Assembly (NCBI GenBank): GCA_036499165.1
Contig: DASYEE010000143.1
Coordinates: forward strand, 16,450-80,449
Reading direction: 5' to 3'
Length of the DNA: 64,000 nt
Source of the DNA: Galbitalea sp.
Lineage (GTDB): Bacteria > Actinomycetota > Actinomycetes > Actinomycetales > Microbacteriaceae
In this document: positions 38,494 to 48,817 of the stretch, piece by piece
Layout: each line of letters begins with the position of its first letter
Numbering within the stretch: position 1 is the first letter of the stretch
Notes under the pieces: generated by a model
The model's database searches: none
What the model was told of the DNA's origin: nothing
What the model saw: the letters and a program-made list of their open reading frames with translations, nothing else
Position numbers and translations under genes: made by a program

Positions 38494-38826
38494 ATGTCGA
38501 GTGTGCATCGCGCGCGGGTGCGACCCGACCCACGCCACGGCTATCGACCGGGCACGCTGCTGGGTGTGCTGTCTGCGTTCGCCTCCGTCCTCACGATCGT
38601 GCTCGTTAGTGTCGGGATCACACAGTCCATGCTCGGCCAGTTCGAGACCGGGACGAGCCTTGCGTACTTCTCCGTTGGCACATCCGTTGTCGGAGTACTC
38701 GGGGGCATCGCGGCCATCGTGCTCGATCGAGGGCGGGGCTGGGGCGTGATCGCGATCATCCTGGGGCTGGCGGCCGACCCGCTCATCCTTACCCGGGTTT
38801 TGGACTGGATCGGCGGCCTAGGCTAG
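38494..38826 (+). CDS. Small membrane protein
   Basis: RBS GGGGAGG; three hydrophobic segments; GRGWG. Confidence 0.7.
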   Translation: MSSVHRARVRPDPRHGYRPGTLLGVLSAFASVLTIVLVSVGITQSMLGQFETGTSLAYFSVGTSVVGVLGGIAAIVLDRGRGWGVIAIILGLAADPLILTRVLDWIGGLG

Positions 38827-38830
38827 CCGC

Positions 38831-39721
38831 ATGAGCGCTTTCGTCTCCGAGCTGTTCGACTCGAGTGCATGGGTCGATGTGCCCGGCTTCGACGGGCTCA
38901 CCGACATCACGTACCACCACGACACCACCGGCCGCATTGCCCGCGTCGCCTTCAACCGGCCGGAGGTGCGCAACGCCTTCCGGCCCCACACGGTCGATGA
39001 GCTCTACCGCGCGCTCGACGATGCTCGGCAGAATTCGCGCATCGGCGTCGTGCTGTTGACCGGCAATGGCCCGAGCGAAAAGGATGGCGGGTGGGCGTTC
39101 TGTTCTGGCGGCGACCAGCGCATCCGCGGGCGCGACGGCTACCAGTACGCGGATGGCACCGTTAGCACGGGTCGCCTGCACATCCTCGAGGTGCAACGAC
39201 TAATCCGGTTCATGCCGAAGGTCGTCATCGCGGTGATCCCCGGGTGGGCCGCCGGCGGCGGCCACTCGCTGCACGTCGTCTGCGACCTCTCGATCGCCAG
39301 CCTCGAACACGGCAAGTTCAAGCAGACCGATGCCGACGTCGGGTCGTTCGACGCGGGTTACGGCAGCGCATACTTCGCCCGGCAGGTTGGCCAGAAGTTC
39401 GCCCGGGAGGTCTTCTTCCTCGCCCGCGAGTACTCGGCAGAACGCGCGCTTTCAGCCGGCGCGATCAATGCCGCGGTTCCTCACGCCGAGCTGGAGAAGA
39501 CGGCCATCGAGTGGGCGAACACGATCCTCGGGAAGTCGCCGACGGCCATCCGGATGCTGAAATTCGCCTTCAACGCGGTGGACGACGGGCTCGTCGGGCA
39601 ACAGGTGTTCGCCGGGGAGGCGACGAGACTCGCCTACGGCACCGACGAGGCGGTCGAGGGTCGCGACGCGTTCCTCGAGAAGCGCGAGCCCGACTGGTCG
39701 CCCTACCCCTGGCAGTTCTAG
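38831..39721 (+). CDS. menB: 1,4-dihydroxy-2-naphthoyl-CoA synthase
   Basis: RNAFRP, FCSGGDQ, GGGHSLHVVCDL, VGSFDAGYG. Confidence 0.97.
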   Translation: MSAFVSELFDSSAWVDVPGFDGLTDITYHHDTTGRIARVAFNRPEVRNAFRPHTVDELYRALDDARQNSRIGVVLLTGNGPSEKDGGWAFCSGGDQRIRGRDGYQYADGTVSTGRLHILEVQRLIRFMPKVVIAVIPGWAAGGGHSLHVVCDLSIASLEHGKFKQTDADVGSFDAGYGSAYFARQVGQKFAREVFFLAREYSAERALSAGAINAAVPHAELEKTAIEWANTILGKSPTAIRMLKFAFNAVDDGLVGQQVFAGEATRLAYGTDEAVEGRDAFLEKREPDWSPYPWQF

Positions 39722-39755
39722 TGCTCCTTCTGAACTCGTCGCAAGGTGGGGCAGG

Positions 39756-40877
39756 GTGACTCGGGGTTTGCGGGTGGTCGCGCCGGAGGCGGCTGGGGTG
39801 CTGGTTGCGCTGCGCGCGGCGCTCGGCGGCAGCGGGCCAGCTGTGCTGGTCGGCGCCCAGCAGGATGTCCCGGCCGAGGTCGCCCGACGGATCGCGCTCG
39901 TCGTCGAGACCAGCGGCTCCACCGCGAGCCCCAAGCGCGTGGCCCTCAGCTCTGATGCGCTGCTGGCAAGCGCTGCGGCATCCGCGTCGGCCATCGGCGG
40001 CCACGGCCAGTGGCTGCTCGCCCTCCCGGTGCACTACATCGCCGGACTCAACGTGCTGGTGCGCTCGATCGCGGGGGAGACGGAGCCTGTCATCCTGGGC
40101 GGCGGATCGTTCGATCCTGTCGCTTTTGCCGAGGCTGCGGCATCCATGGATGGCGATCTCAGATTCACCTCGGTCGTGCCTGCGCAGCTGTCGCGACTGC
40201 TCGAGACGCCGTCCGCGCTGCCTGCGCTGCAACGATTCGATCGGATTCTCGTCGGTGGCCAGTCCACCCCCGCGCCGCTGCTGGAGCAGGCAGCGGCCTT
40301 CGGCATCCGGCTGACCCGCACCTACGGATCGAGCGAGACCAGCGGCGGCTGCGTCTACGACGGCGTACCGATCGGAAACACCGAAGCGCGGATTCACGAC
40401 GGCCAGGTCGAGCTGGCCGGAGCCGTTCTCGCGGACGGCTACCTTGGCGACGACGAGCGAACGGATGCCGCGTTTTGGAGCGACTCCGGTCAGCGCTGGT
40501 ACCGCACGGGCGACACCGGCAGCATCGACGACGGCGTGCTGCGCGTCACCGGCCGGCTCGACGACGTGATCATCTCCGGGGGAGTGAAGGTGTCCCTCGC
40601 CGAGGTCGAGCGGTTCGTGCGCTCGTTGCCGGGCCAGACGGATGCCGTGGTCACCCGCGAGGCCAGCGAGCGCTGGGGAGAAGTGCCGGTGGTCATCACG
40701 TCGGTCGACCTCGCCCTCGACCAGGTGCGCGAATCGGTCGGCGAAGCACTGGGGGCTGCCGCCGCGCCCGCCCGGGTGATCGTCGTGAGCCAGCTTCCCA
40801 TGCTGTCCTCCGGCAAACCCGACCGTGTGAGACTCCGGGTGCTGGTCGAGGATGCCGTGCCCGGCGAGAGCGCTTAG
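39756..40877 (+). CDS. menE: o-Succinylbenzoate-CoA ligase
   Basis: TSGSTASPK, TYGSSET, RTGD, GRLDDVIISGG, SGKPDR. Confidence 0.9.
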   Translation: MTRGLRVVAPEAAGVLVALRAALGGSGPAVLVGAQQDVPAEVARRIALVVETSGSTASPKRVALSSDALLASAAASASAIGGHGQWLLALPVHYIAGLNVLVRSIAGETEPVILGGGSFDPVAFAEAAASMDGDLRFTSVVPAQLSRLLETPSALPALQRFDRILVGGQSTPAPLLEQAAAFGIRLTRTYGSSETSGGCVYDGVPIGNTEARIHDGQVELAGAVLADGYLGDDERTDAAFWSDSGQRWYRTGDTGSIDDGVLRVTGRLDDVIISGGVKVSLAEVERFVRSLPGQTDAVVTREASERWGEVPVVITSVDLALDQVRESVGEALGAAAAPARVIVVSQLPMLSSGKPDRVRLRVLVEDAVPGESA

Positions 40878-40899
40878 GACCAGTCAGTAGGATTCACCC

Positions 40900-41961
40900 G
40901 TGGCAAAGAACAAGCAGCAGCGGCTCGATCCGAACAAAGTCGAAAAGGTCGAGGTTCCTGCGCGACTCGAACCGAGCGCCCGCATCCCGCAGGAGGCCAG
41001 GTCGACGGGGCCCACCCCACCCGGGCGTGGCCGCAACGGCAAAAGCGGACGGCCGGGTGGTCGCCCGCCGTCGGCTCCCAAGATCAAGAAGGCCGGGGCG
41101 CGGGATTGGATCGCGGGTGCGCGGCTTCGCACGCTTCCCCTGTCGATCGCCCCGGTGATCCTCGGTACGGCCGCAGCTCACGTCACGCTTCAGCCGTGGC
41201 TCTGGTTGAACGCCAGCCTCGCGCTGGCTGTCGCGGTATTGCTGCAGATCGGCGTCAACTACGCCAACGACTACTCGGATGGCGTGCGTGGCACCGACAA
41301 GTACCGTCTCGGCCCGTCGCGCCTGACGGGTTCCGGCGCGGCTCGCCCGCGCACGGTCCTGACCGTTGCGCTCACGTTCTTCGTGCTGGCGGCCGCGGCC
41401 GGAGTCGGCCTGACCGTGATCACCGGACAGTACTGGCTGCTCGCCGTCGGCGCCGCCTGCATCGTCGCCGGGTACTTCTACACGGGCGGCAAGCGCCCTT
41501 ACGGCTACTACGGCCTCGGTGAGCTCTTCGTCTTCATCTTCTTCGGACTCGTCGCCACCGCCGGCACGACCTACGTGCAGCTGAAGACCGTGAACTTCGA
41601 GAGCTGGCTGAGCGGTGTCGCCGTCGGGTTGATCGCCTGTGCCGTGCTGATGGTCAACAACATCCGCGATCGCCCACAGGACAAGCTCGCGGGCAAGCGG
41701 ACCCTGGCCGTGCTCATCGGCGACCGTGCGTCGCGCGTGGTGTTCGCGGTGTTCATGCTCCTGCCGTACGTGCTCGTGATCTACTTCGTGATCACCCAGG
41801 CCAACGGTTACCTGACCTATTTCGCGCTCCTGCTCACCGCACCATCGGTGCTGATCGCGCTCACCGCGAAGACGCCGAAGGAGCTGATTCTCGCTCTGCA
41901 GCTCGCGAGCCTCAGCGCGTTGGCGTTCTCGCTAATTCTCGGCTTCGCGATGGTTGTCTAG
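40900..41961 (+). CDS. menA: 1,4-dihydroxy-2-naphthoate polyprenyltransferase
   Basis: ARLRTLPL, NYANDYSDG, NNIRD, GKRTLAV. Confidence 0.95.
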   Translation: MAKNKQQRLDPNKVEKVEVPARLEPSARIPQEARSTGPTPPGRGRNGKSGRPGGRPPSAPKIKKAGARDWIAGARLRTLPLSIAPVILGTAAAHVTLQPWLWLNASLALAVAVLLQIGVNYANDYSDGVRGTDKYRLGPSRLTGSGAARPRTVLTVALTFFVLAAAAGVGLTVITGQYWLLAVGAACIVAGYFYTGGKRPYGYYGLGELFVFIFFGLVATAGTTYVQLKTVNFESWLSGVAVGLIACAVLMVNNIRDRPQDKLAGKRTLAVLIGDRASRVVFAVFMLLPYVLVIYFVITQANGYLTYFALLLTAPSVLIALTAKTPKELILALQLASLSALAFSLILGFAMVV

Positions 41962-42222
41962 ACGGTCGATCGCCGCGTCTTCGGCAGCGGTATCCTCGTC
42001 GTCCGGAATGACTTCGTCGCGGGCGTTGCGCTTGCCGCGGGTCGCCAGTTCGATCGCCATCTGGTCGCGCACCCTGCGGAAGAAGATGTAGGAGACGGCG
42101 AGGCCGGCGATCGCGGCGATGGGCGCCGCGAAGTACCACGGAGTGCTGATGAGAAGCAGCACCGCGAGGACCACCGCGAAGATCGCGATCCTGATGATCG
42201 TGTACTTGATGGTTGCGCGCAC
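41932..42222 (-). CDS. DUF4229-like small membrane protein
   Basis: YT..R N-terminus, two TM segments, SY.F..R, acidic ED tail; conserved position beside menA. Confidence 0.7.
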   Translation of the reverse strand: MRATIKYTIIRIAIFAVVLAVLLLISTPWYFAAPIAAIAGLAVSYIFFRRVRDQMAIELATRGKRNARDEVIPDDEDTAAEDAAIDRLDNHREAEN

Positions 42223-42276
42223 CGCGCCAGTTTACGGGCTGCTGATTCACGAAGCCTGCGAGCTTACAATGGCCGA

Positions 42277-42651
42277 ATGCTGAGATTCGACATCGTGATC
42301 GTGGTCGCCGCCGCCGCGTTGTTCATCTATGCGCTCGTCGATGTGATCTCGATCTACGAATGGCGCATCAAGTCGCTCAACAAGATCAGCTGGGTCTTCA
42401 TCGTCATCCTGCTCGCCTTCTTCGTCGGGCCGATTCTCTGGCTGACGCTCGGCAAGGCTCGAAAGTCTGACCCGAACAACCCCGTCCAGAATCACGCCGC
42501 GCGCGCGCCGGTAGCGCCGGACGACGACCCGGCGTTCCTGCACAACGCCGGTCGCTACGAAGCGCAGGAGGAGCGCATCCGCAGGCTCGAGGCAGAGCTG
42601 AAGGCGCTCAACGACGAGGATCCAGGCAGCACCCCGAAATCCGAGAAGTAA
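42277..42651 (+). CDS. PLD nuclease N-terminal (PLDc_N) membrane protein
   Basis: [25 protein letters not shown]. Confidence 0.8.
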   Translation: MLRFDIVIVVAAAALFIYALVDVISIYEWRIKSLNKISWVFIVILLAFFVGPILWLTLGKARKSDPNNPVQNHAARAPVAPDDDPAFLHNAGRYEAQEERIRRLEAELKALNDEDPGSTPKSEK

Positions 42652-42683
42652 TTTCTCGAACGCCTCCACGAAACGAGATTCAC

Positions 42684-44333
42684 CTGAGCCACCAGTCGCC
42701 TGCCACCGCCTTCGCCGTGGCGCTGCTTGATGAGTTTGCCCGCCTGGGCCTTCGCGACATCGTCGTGAGCCCCGGCTCGCGCTCGCAAGCGCTCGCTCTT
42801 GCCGCAGCGGAGTACGAGCGGGCGGGCCTGCTGCGACTGCGCGTGCGAATCGACGAACGGGTCGGCGGCTTTCTCGCCCTCGGCCTCGCGGTCGAGACGG
42901 GCCTGCCGGTCGTCGTCGTCATGACGTCAGGGACCGCGGTTGCGAACCTGCATCCTGCCGTGCTCGAAGCTCATCACTCAGGTGTACCGCTCATCATCGT
43001 GAGCTCGGATCGCCCGGCAGAACTCCGGGGGATCGGCTCGAACCAGACGACTGTGCAGGAGGGGATCTTCGGCGCGGCGATTACGTGGAGCCGCGACATC
43101 CCCGCGCCCCGCGGCGAAGCCCGCGAAACGGATGTCGCGACCGCGCTCGCACGCTCGGCCTGGGCGGCAGCGGGTGGCGGTCGCCCCCAGCCTGTGCACC
43201 TCAACATCGCCTTCACGGAACCCTTGTCGAGCCCGGCAGAGCTACCGGAGTCTGATGTCGACTGGAGCGCAGAGTCCGACCAGCCGATCGAACCCGCTGC
43301 GCTGCGCATCCAGCCCTCACCCGGGACAGTCGTGATCGCTGGCGCTGGCGCTGGCGCTCGCGCCGAGGAGGTCGCCCGCCAGCTGGGCGCACCACTGCTC
43401 GCCGAGGTCGCGAGCGGCGCACGCTTCGGTCCGAACCTCGTCGTCGCGTACCGCGAACTGCTCGACACGGCCAACTTCGGCGACCGGGTCGAGCGCGCGG
43501 TCGTCTTCGGGCATCCGACGCTCACCCGCCAGGTTCCCGCGCTGATCCAGCGCGACGGGGTCGACACGATTGTCGTGCGCTCGCACTCGGCCGAGGACTA
43601 CAACCCCGGCCACCGGGTCGCGACCTTCGCCGACGCGGTGGATGTCGAGGGCGCGGCCGACGAGTCGCCCGCCGCGCGCTCGTGGCTGGGTCGCTGGGTG
43701 ACCACATCCCGCGGCATCCTCGAACCCCCCGCCGAGCCGACCGCCGCCGAACTCGGCAACGCGGAATTCGCGCGACGTGAGCTCGCCGCCATTCGCAAAC
43801 CCGTCGACCGCAGGATGCTCGTGGAGGCCGTCTGGCGTGCCACCTGGCCGCACGACCGCCTGATTCTCGGCGCGTCGAGGCTGATTCGTGAGGCAGACGA
43901 CTGGGTTCAGGGCAAGAAGATCAGCGTGCACGCCAACCGCGGCCTGGCCGGCATCGATGGCACGATCGCGACATCGATCGGCATCGGGCTCGGCAGCGAG
44001 ACCGACGGCACCACCCGCGTACTCCTCGGCGACCTGGCCGCGCTGCACGACGCGGGCGCGATGCTCTTCGGCGTGGGGGAGCCGCGGCCGCGCATCCAGG
44101 TGATCGTCGGCAACGACGGCGGCGGAACCATCTTCGACGGCCTCGAGGTGGCAGCAACCGCTCCTCAGGATGCGATCGATCGGGTCCTCCTGACGCCCCA
44201 GTCCGTCGACTTCGCGGCGCTCGCGGCCGCATACGGCTGGGCCCACCTGCGCGCCACCAACCGCGGCGAACTCGACCAGGCGCTGACGGCATCCACCGGT
44301 CCAACCCTGATCGAGGTCCCCCTCCCACGCTAG
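42684..44333 (+). CDS. menD: SEPHCHC synthase; true start probably upstream of GTG 42717 at a near-cognate codon
   Basis: [54 protein letters not shown]. Confidence 0.92.
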   Translation: MSHQSPATAFAVALLDEFARLGLRDIVVSPGSRSQALALAAAEYERAGLLRLRVRIDERVGGFLALGLAVETGLPVVVVMTSGTAVANLHPAVLEAHHSGVPLIIVSSDRPAELRGIGSNQTTVQEGIFGAAITWSRDIPAPRGEARETDVATALARSAWAAAGGGRPQPVHLNIAFTEPLSSPAELPESDVDWSAESDQPIEPAALRIQPSPGTVVIAGAGAGARAEEVARQLGAPLLAEVASGARFGPNLVVAYRELLDTANFGDRVERAVVFGHPTLTRQVPALIQRDGVDTIVVRSHSAEDYNPGHRVATFADAVDVEGAADESPAARSWLGRWVTTSRGILEPPAEPTAAELGNAEFARRELAAIRKPVDRRMLVEAVWRATWPHDRLILGASRLIREADDWVQGKKISVHANRGLAGIDGTIATSIGIGLGSETDGTTRVLLGDLAALHDAGAMLFGVGEPRPRIQVIVGNDGGGTIFDGLEVAATAPQDAIDRVLLTPQSVDFAALAAAYGWAHLRATNRGELDQALTASTGPTLIEVPLPR

Positions 44334-44372
44334 TTTTCCTCTCGGGTGAAGGGGCGGCGGTAGCGTGTGGGG

Positions 44373-45203
44373 ATGAGCATCGAGGAGAGGCTGCGCGCGA
44401 GCGCGGAGACTGAGCTGGCGGCGATTGATCCGGGGTCGACGCCGGGGTTCAAGGGTGGTAAATCCGACTCGGTCAAGGTGCTCGCGAAGGGGATCGCCGC
44501 GATCGGCGACCACCAGGAGCGCCTCTTCGCCGAGAGTCTCACGGGCGGCACCCGCCGCGTACTGCTCGTGCTTCAGGGCATGGACACGAGCGGCAAGGGC
44601 GGCACCGTGGAGCACGTCCTCGCCGGGGTCGACCCGCACGGGCTGAAGATCCACGCGTTCAAGGTGCCGACGCCCGAGGAGAAGGCCCACGACTTCCTGT
44701 GGCGGGTTCGCCCCCAGCTGCCGCCGCCGGGGTTCCTTGGCGTCTTCGACCGCTCACACTACGAGGATGTCCTGGTCGAGAAGGTGCACGCGCTGGCGGC
44801 ACCCGGGGTGATCGAGTCTCGCTACGGCACCATCGTCGACTTCGAGGCCGACCTCGTCACAACGGGGACGACCGTCATCAAGGTCATGCTGCACCTGAGC
44901 TTCGGCGAGCAGAAGCAGCGCTTGCTCGCGCGGCTCGATGACCCGACGAAGCAGTGGAAGTTCAATCCGGGTGACGTCGACGAGCGCGGCTTCTGGGATC
45001 AGTACCAGGACGCGTATGAGATCGCGATTCGTCGCACGACCACCGACGGCGCGCCGTGGTACGTGGTGCCAGCAGACCACAAGTGGTACTCCCGACTGGC
45101 CGTGCAGGACATCCTGCTCACCCACCTGAGGTCGCTGAACGCCGAGTGGCCGAAGCCGACCTACGACGTCGCGACCCAGCGCGCGAGGGTGGTCGACAGC
45201 TAG
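44373..45203 (+). CDS. ppk2: Polyphosphate kinase 2 family protein
   Basis: QGMDTSGKGG, HDFLWR, FDRSHYEDV, PWYVVPADHKW; leaderless (TAGCGT). Confidence 0.93.
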   Translation: MSIEERLRASAETELAAIDPGSTPGFKGGKSDSVKVLAKGIAAIGDHQERLFAESLTGGTRRVLLVLQGMDTSGKGGTVEHVLAGVDPHGLKIHAFKVPTPEEKAHDFLWRVRPQLPPPGFLGVFDRSHYEDVLVEKVHALAAPGVIESRYGTIVDFEADLVTTGTTVIKVMLHLSFGEQKQRLLARLDDPTKQWKFNPGDVDERGFWDQYQDAYEIAIRRTTTDGAPWYVVPADHKWYSRLAVQDILLTHLRSLNAEWPKPTYDVATQRARVVDS

Positions 45204-45838
45204 CGCGGAGCGTATGCCCTGAGAAACGCCCGCACGCCGTCGAGCACAGACTGGCGGGCCGCAGCCTCGTCCAGCGGCTGGCTGGACTTCGCGCCATTGG
45301 TGACGCCGAGGAATGCGAGGGCGACAAAGTGGTCGGCGGCCAGCCTGGGGTTCGGAACCTCGAGCAGGCCGCGCCGACCGAACTCGACGAAGCGCTCGGC
45401 GATCGCGTCCTCTGGCGCTGTGTCGAACCAGTCATCGATGGTCGCGCCCGGCAGCTGCTGCACCTCTTTCGTGACCAGCTGGATGAGCGTGGCGTAGTCG
45501 GATGACCCCATGGTCGACGACACGATGCGAGTGGAGAAGGAGACCAGGGCATCCTCCAGGTCGTCGAACTCGGTGAGGTCGTCGTCGATCGCCGCTCGAA
45601 TGGCGGCCATGAGTGACTCGCCGAGGCCGTCGATCACGGCAATGAGAAGGGCCTGCTTGTCGCCGAAGTAGTCGTAGACCGTGCGCTTGGAGACGCCGGC
45701 GCGGGCCGAGATCGCATCGACGCTGGTGCGGTCGAACCCCTCGATGCGGAACAGGTCGCGCGCTGCGGCGAGGATGTCCGCCCGCTTTGCAGCGGATCCC
45801 TCGCGCAGGATCTTGCCCCCGGCTTCAATCGCCATCAT
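45200..45838 (-). CDS. TetR/AcrR family regulator
   Basis: GFDRTSVDAISARAGVSKRTVYDYFGDK. Confidence 0.92.
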   Translation of the reverse strand: MMAIEAGGKILREGSAAKRADILAAARDLFRIEGFDRTSVDAISARAGVSKRTVYDYFGDKQALLIAVIDGLGESLMAAIRAAIDDDLTEFDDLEDALVSFSTRIVSSTMGSSDYATLIQLVTKEVQQLPGATIDDWFDTAPEDAIAERFVEFGRRGLLEVPNPRLAADHFVALAFLGVTNGAKSSQPLDEAAARQSVLDGVRAFLRAYAPR

Positions 45839-45874
45839 GCCTCCAATCCGAAATCTTACTCCTGGGTGTACTTA

Positions 45875-45894
45875 ACTACACTGCACGGTGTAGT
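45875..45894. promoter_or_regulatory. Putative TetR operator overlapping the MFS -10
   Basis: ACTACAC-TGCACG-GTGTAGT palindrome. Confidence 0.65.
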
Positions 45895-45902
45895 GTGCCA
45901 CC

Positions 45903-47369
45903 ATGACCTCGACCTCTCCGGCGCACGCTGCGCCAGAACTCCTCCCAGACCGGCGTCTCACCCTGCTGAGCGTTGTCCTGCTCCTCGGTGCGATCGCATC
46001 CATCCTCGACACGACGATCGTCAATGTTGCCCTCGACCACCTGCACATCGTGTTCCACGCGACGGTCGCAGACACCCAGTGGGTATCGACCGGATACCTG
46101 CTGGCGCTCGCCGGCGTGATCCCACTGACGGGCTGGGCATCCGAGCGATTCGGCTCACAACAGGTCTGGTTCGCCGCGGTCCTGGTCTTCCTCATGGGGT
46201 CGGTGTTGTGTGGGTTTGCGTGGAACCTGCCCAGCCTGATCGGCTTCCGGGTGCTCCAGGGGCTCGGCGGCGGCATGATCCTGCCGGTCACGATTTCGAT
46301 TCTCACGCAGGCCGCCGGCCCGGCCCGGCTCTCCCGGGCGATGGCCGCGATTGCGCTGCCGGGGCAACTCGGGCCCATCCTCGGTCCGGTCATCGGCGGC
46401 GCCATCGTCGATTCGATCAACTGGAACTGGCTGTTCTTCGTCAACGTGCCGATCTGCCTTGCGGCCCTCGTGCTCGCGTCGAAGCTGTTGCCGTCATCCG
46501 CGCACGATCGCACCAAGCGCCTGGATGTCGCCGGGTTCGCCCTGCTCACGCCTGGGCTTGTCGGCATCGCGTACGGCATCAGCCAGGCGGTCGGCGTGGA
46601 CGGGTTCGGGGCGCTCCGCGCATGGCTCCCACTCGCCGTCGGCGCCATCCTGGTCGCGGGGTTCGTGATCTACTCGCTGCGTACCCGACGCGTGCCGCTG
46701 CTCGATGTGCGCCTCTTTGCCAACCGGAGCTTCGGGCTCGCTGGCGCAATCACCTTCGTCGGCGGCTTCTCGATGTTCGCGGTCACCTTCCTGCTGCCGC
46801 TGTTCTACCAGGTGGTTCGGGGCGACTCCGCGCTCGTCACGGGGCTCCTGCTCATCCCGCAGGGCGTTGGCACGGTGACGTTCATCCTGCTGCAGCAGAG
46901 GCTGCTGAAGCACTTCAGCGCGCGCACCCTGATCATCGCCGGCCTCGTCGTCACGACCCTCGCCAGCATCCCGTTCCTGTTCGCGGCACCGACCGGCGGG
47001 GATGTGCTGCTGCTTGCTGCGCAGTACCTGAGGGGCTTCGGTTCAGGCATGAGTCTCATCCCGATGTCCGTGATCGCGTTCGGCAGCATGGCTCGATCGG
47101 ATGTGCCGCGGGGGAGTGCCGCATTCAGCGTCGTCCAGCGAGTCGGTGCGCCGTTCGGTGTGACGGTGATCGCGGTGCTGCTGGAGAGCATCGGCGCGCA
47201 CGCGACGACCGGGGCCGCTGTCGCGAGCGCATTCGACGCGACGTTCGGCTGGGTGCTCGTCTTCAGTGCGGTGCCGCTCGCGCTGGCACTGCTCCTGCCG
47301 CGCGCAAAGAGGGCCGCCGCCGCCCCCGTCCCGACCGCCGAGCCCGCCGAGCCCGTGATCGTCGACTGA
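45903..47369 (+). CDS. DHA2 family MFS efflux transporter
   Basis: LDTTIVNVAL, GWASERFG, FRVLQGLGGG, GPILGPVIGG, FFVNVP. Confidence 0.92.
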   Translation: MTSTSPAHAAPELLPDRRLTLLSVVLLLGAIASILDTTIVNVALDHLHIVFHATVADTQWVSTGYLLALAGVIPLTGWASERFGSQQVWFAAVLVFLMGSVLCGFAWNLPSLIGFRVLQGLGGGMILPVTISILTQAAGPARLSRAMAAIALPGQLGPILGPVIGGAIVDSINWNWLFFVNVPICLAALVLASKLLPSSAHDRTKRLDVAGFALLTPGLVGIAYGISQAVGVDGFGALRAWLPLAVGAILVAGFVIYSLRTRRVPLLDVRLFANRSFGLAGAITFVGGFSMFAVTFLLPLFYQVVRGDSALVTGLLLIPQGVGTVTFILLQQRLLKHFSARTLIIAGLVVTTLASIPFLFAAPTGGDVLLLAAQYLRGFGSGMSLIPMSVIAFGSMARSDVPRGSAAFSVVQRVGAPFGVTVIAVLLESIGAHATTGAAVASAFDATFGWVLVFSAVPLALALLLPRAKRAAAAPVPTAEPAEPVIVD

Positions 47370-47402
47370 TTGCGCAGATGGTCTCGCCCGCATCCTTCCC
47401 GC

Positions 47403-47481
47403 CGCAAAGTCGGAGATCCTGACAACACGCCGCGACGCGACTTCGGTCGCCCGGCGTGTCAGCGGGATTACCGACTTTGCG
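47403..47481. repeat. 79-bp palindromic element, family B copy 2
   Basis: CGCAAAGTCGGA...ACCGACTTTGCG. Confidence 0.8.
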
Positions 47482-47525
47482 TCGTGGGTACGGGGTCAGC
47501 CGGGCGAGGGGCTCAGGCGAGGGGC

Positions 47526-48761
47526 TCAGCCAGCGAACGCGTCGATGATGGGGCGAAACTTCATGCGCGTCTCGGCGAGCTCCGTGTCCGGCACGGAGTC
47601 GGCCACGATGCCGGCGCCGGCGAACGCCGTGACAGTGCCGTCGTCATCCACCTGGGCGCTTCGCAGCGCGATCGCCCACTCGCCGTCGCCGTCCGCTCCA
47701 ACCCAGCCGACCGGTCCGGCATAGCGACCGCGATCGAACGGCTCGAGCTCATGGATGAGTGCAAGCGCCTTGTCCGTCGGGGTGCCGGCCACGGCTGCAG
47801 TCGGGTGGAGGGCGGCGATCAGGTCGAGCGAGGATGATCCGTCGATCAGTTCGCCCTCCACATCGCTCGCGAGGTGCCAGAGATTCGGCAGTTTGAGAGT
47901 GAACGGCTGCTCGCTCGATGTGACGTTGCGGCTGAACGGTGCGAGCGACTGGAGCAGGCTGCGGAGGGCGAAGGAGTGCTCGTCGAGATCCTTGGTGGAT
48001 GTCGCGAGCTCAGCCGCAGCATCCTGGTCTGCCAGCTCGTCGGCTCCCCGCGGCGCGCTGCCCGCCAGAACGCGCGCTGTGACGGCGCCACGGTAGGCGG
48101 TGACAAGGGTTTCCGGACTCGCTCCGATCAGGCCGTCGACGGCGAAGGTCCAGGTGCCTGGATAGCCCGATGCGAGTTCGCCGAGGAGCACGCGGAGATC
48201 GGCGTCCGCAGGCAGGTGCCCAACCATCGAGCGCGCGAGCACGACCTTGCTGAGCTCTCCGGCGCGAAGGTGACCGAGCGCATCCGTTACCGCCTGCACG
48301 TAACCGGGGCGGTCGAGCGGTCCGAAGTCGAACTTCACGTCGAGCTCTGCGCCGAAGGGCGTCGCGGCCGGCAGCTCAGAGTCACAGTCGATGCGGGTGA
48401 TCCAGCTGATGCCGTCGCGGCGCCCGATCACCACCGACGGGACGATGAGGACGCTGGTCCGCTCAGAATCGTCTGCGAAGGCGAATGCGCCGAGCGCGAC
48501 GAGGCCGGTGCCCGGGCGCACCAGCGGGTCCGTCACCTCGGCAGCCGCCGCGACCTGCTTCCAGGCTGCTGCGGCGTCCGTCATCCTGGTCGGTCCGGTG
48601 AATTCAAGCCGAAGTGCCTCGCCGACGCCCGCGATGCCCTGCCCGCGCTGGATGAAGACGAGCGGATGACGTGGGTCGACCAGCGGAACGAGCGGGTGGA
48701 TGTCGTCGATGGCTTCGGTCACGACCCGAAGCACGGGCACGCCGCCCTCCGGATGGTCCAC
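47526..48761 (-). CDS. menF: Isochorismate synthase
   Basis: KVVLAR, GASPE, LAGS, EH, LHPTAAVAG, RGRYAGPVGW, AGAGIV. Confidence 0.92.
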   Translation of the reverse strand: MDHPEGGVPVLRVVTEAIDDIHPLVPLVDPRHPLVFIQRGQGIAGVGEALRLEFTGPTRMTDAAAAWKQVAAAAEVTDPLVRPGTGLVALGAFAFADDSERTSVLIVPSVVIGRRDGISWITRIDCDSELPAATPFGAELDVKFDFGPLDRPGYVQAVTDALGHLRAGELSKVVLARSMVGHLPADADLRVLLGELASGYPGTWTFAVDGLIGASPETLVTAYRGAVTARVLAGSAPRGADELADQDAAAELATSTKDLDEHSFALRSLLQSLAPFSRNVTSSEQPFTLKLPNLWHLASDVEGELIDGSSSLDLIAALHPTAAVAGTPTDKALALIHELEPFDRGRYAGPVGWVGADGDGEWAIALRSAQVDDDGTVTAFAGAGIVADSVPDTELAETRMKFRPIIDAFAG

Positions 48762-48817
48762 TCCTTCACAGTAGTACGCGAAGGGAAGCGGAGGGCTTTC
48801 TCAGTACACTGGAAGGC

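Noticed and set aside
41932-41961. Convergent 30-nt overlap of menA and the DUF4229-like gene
   Set aside because: Short 3' overlaps are common in compact high-GC genomes; no sign of special function
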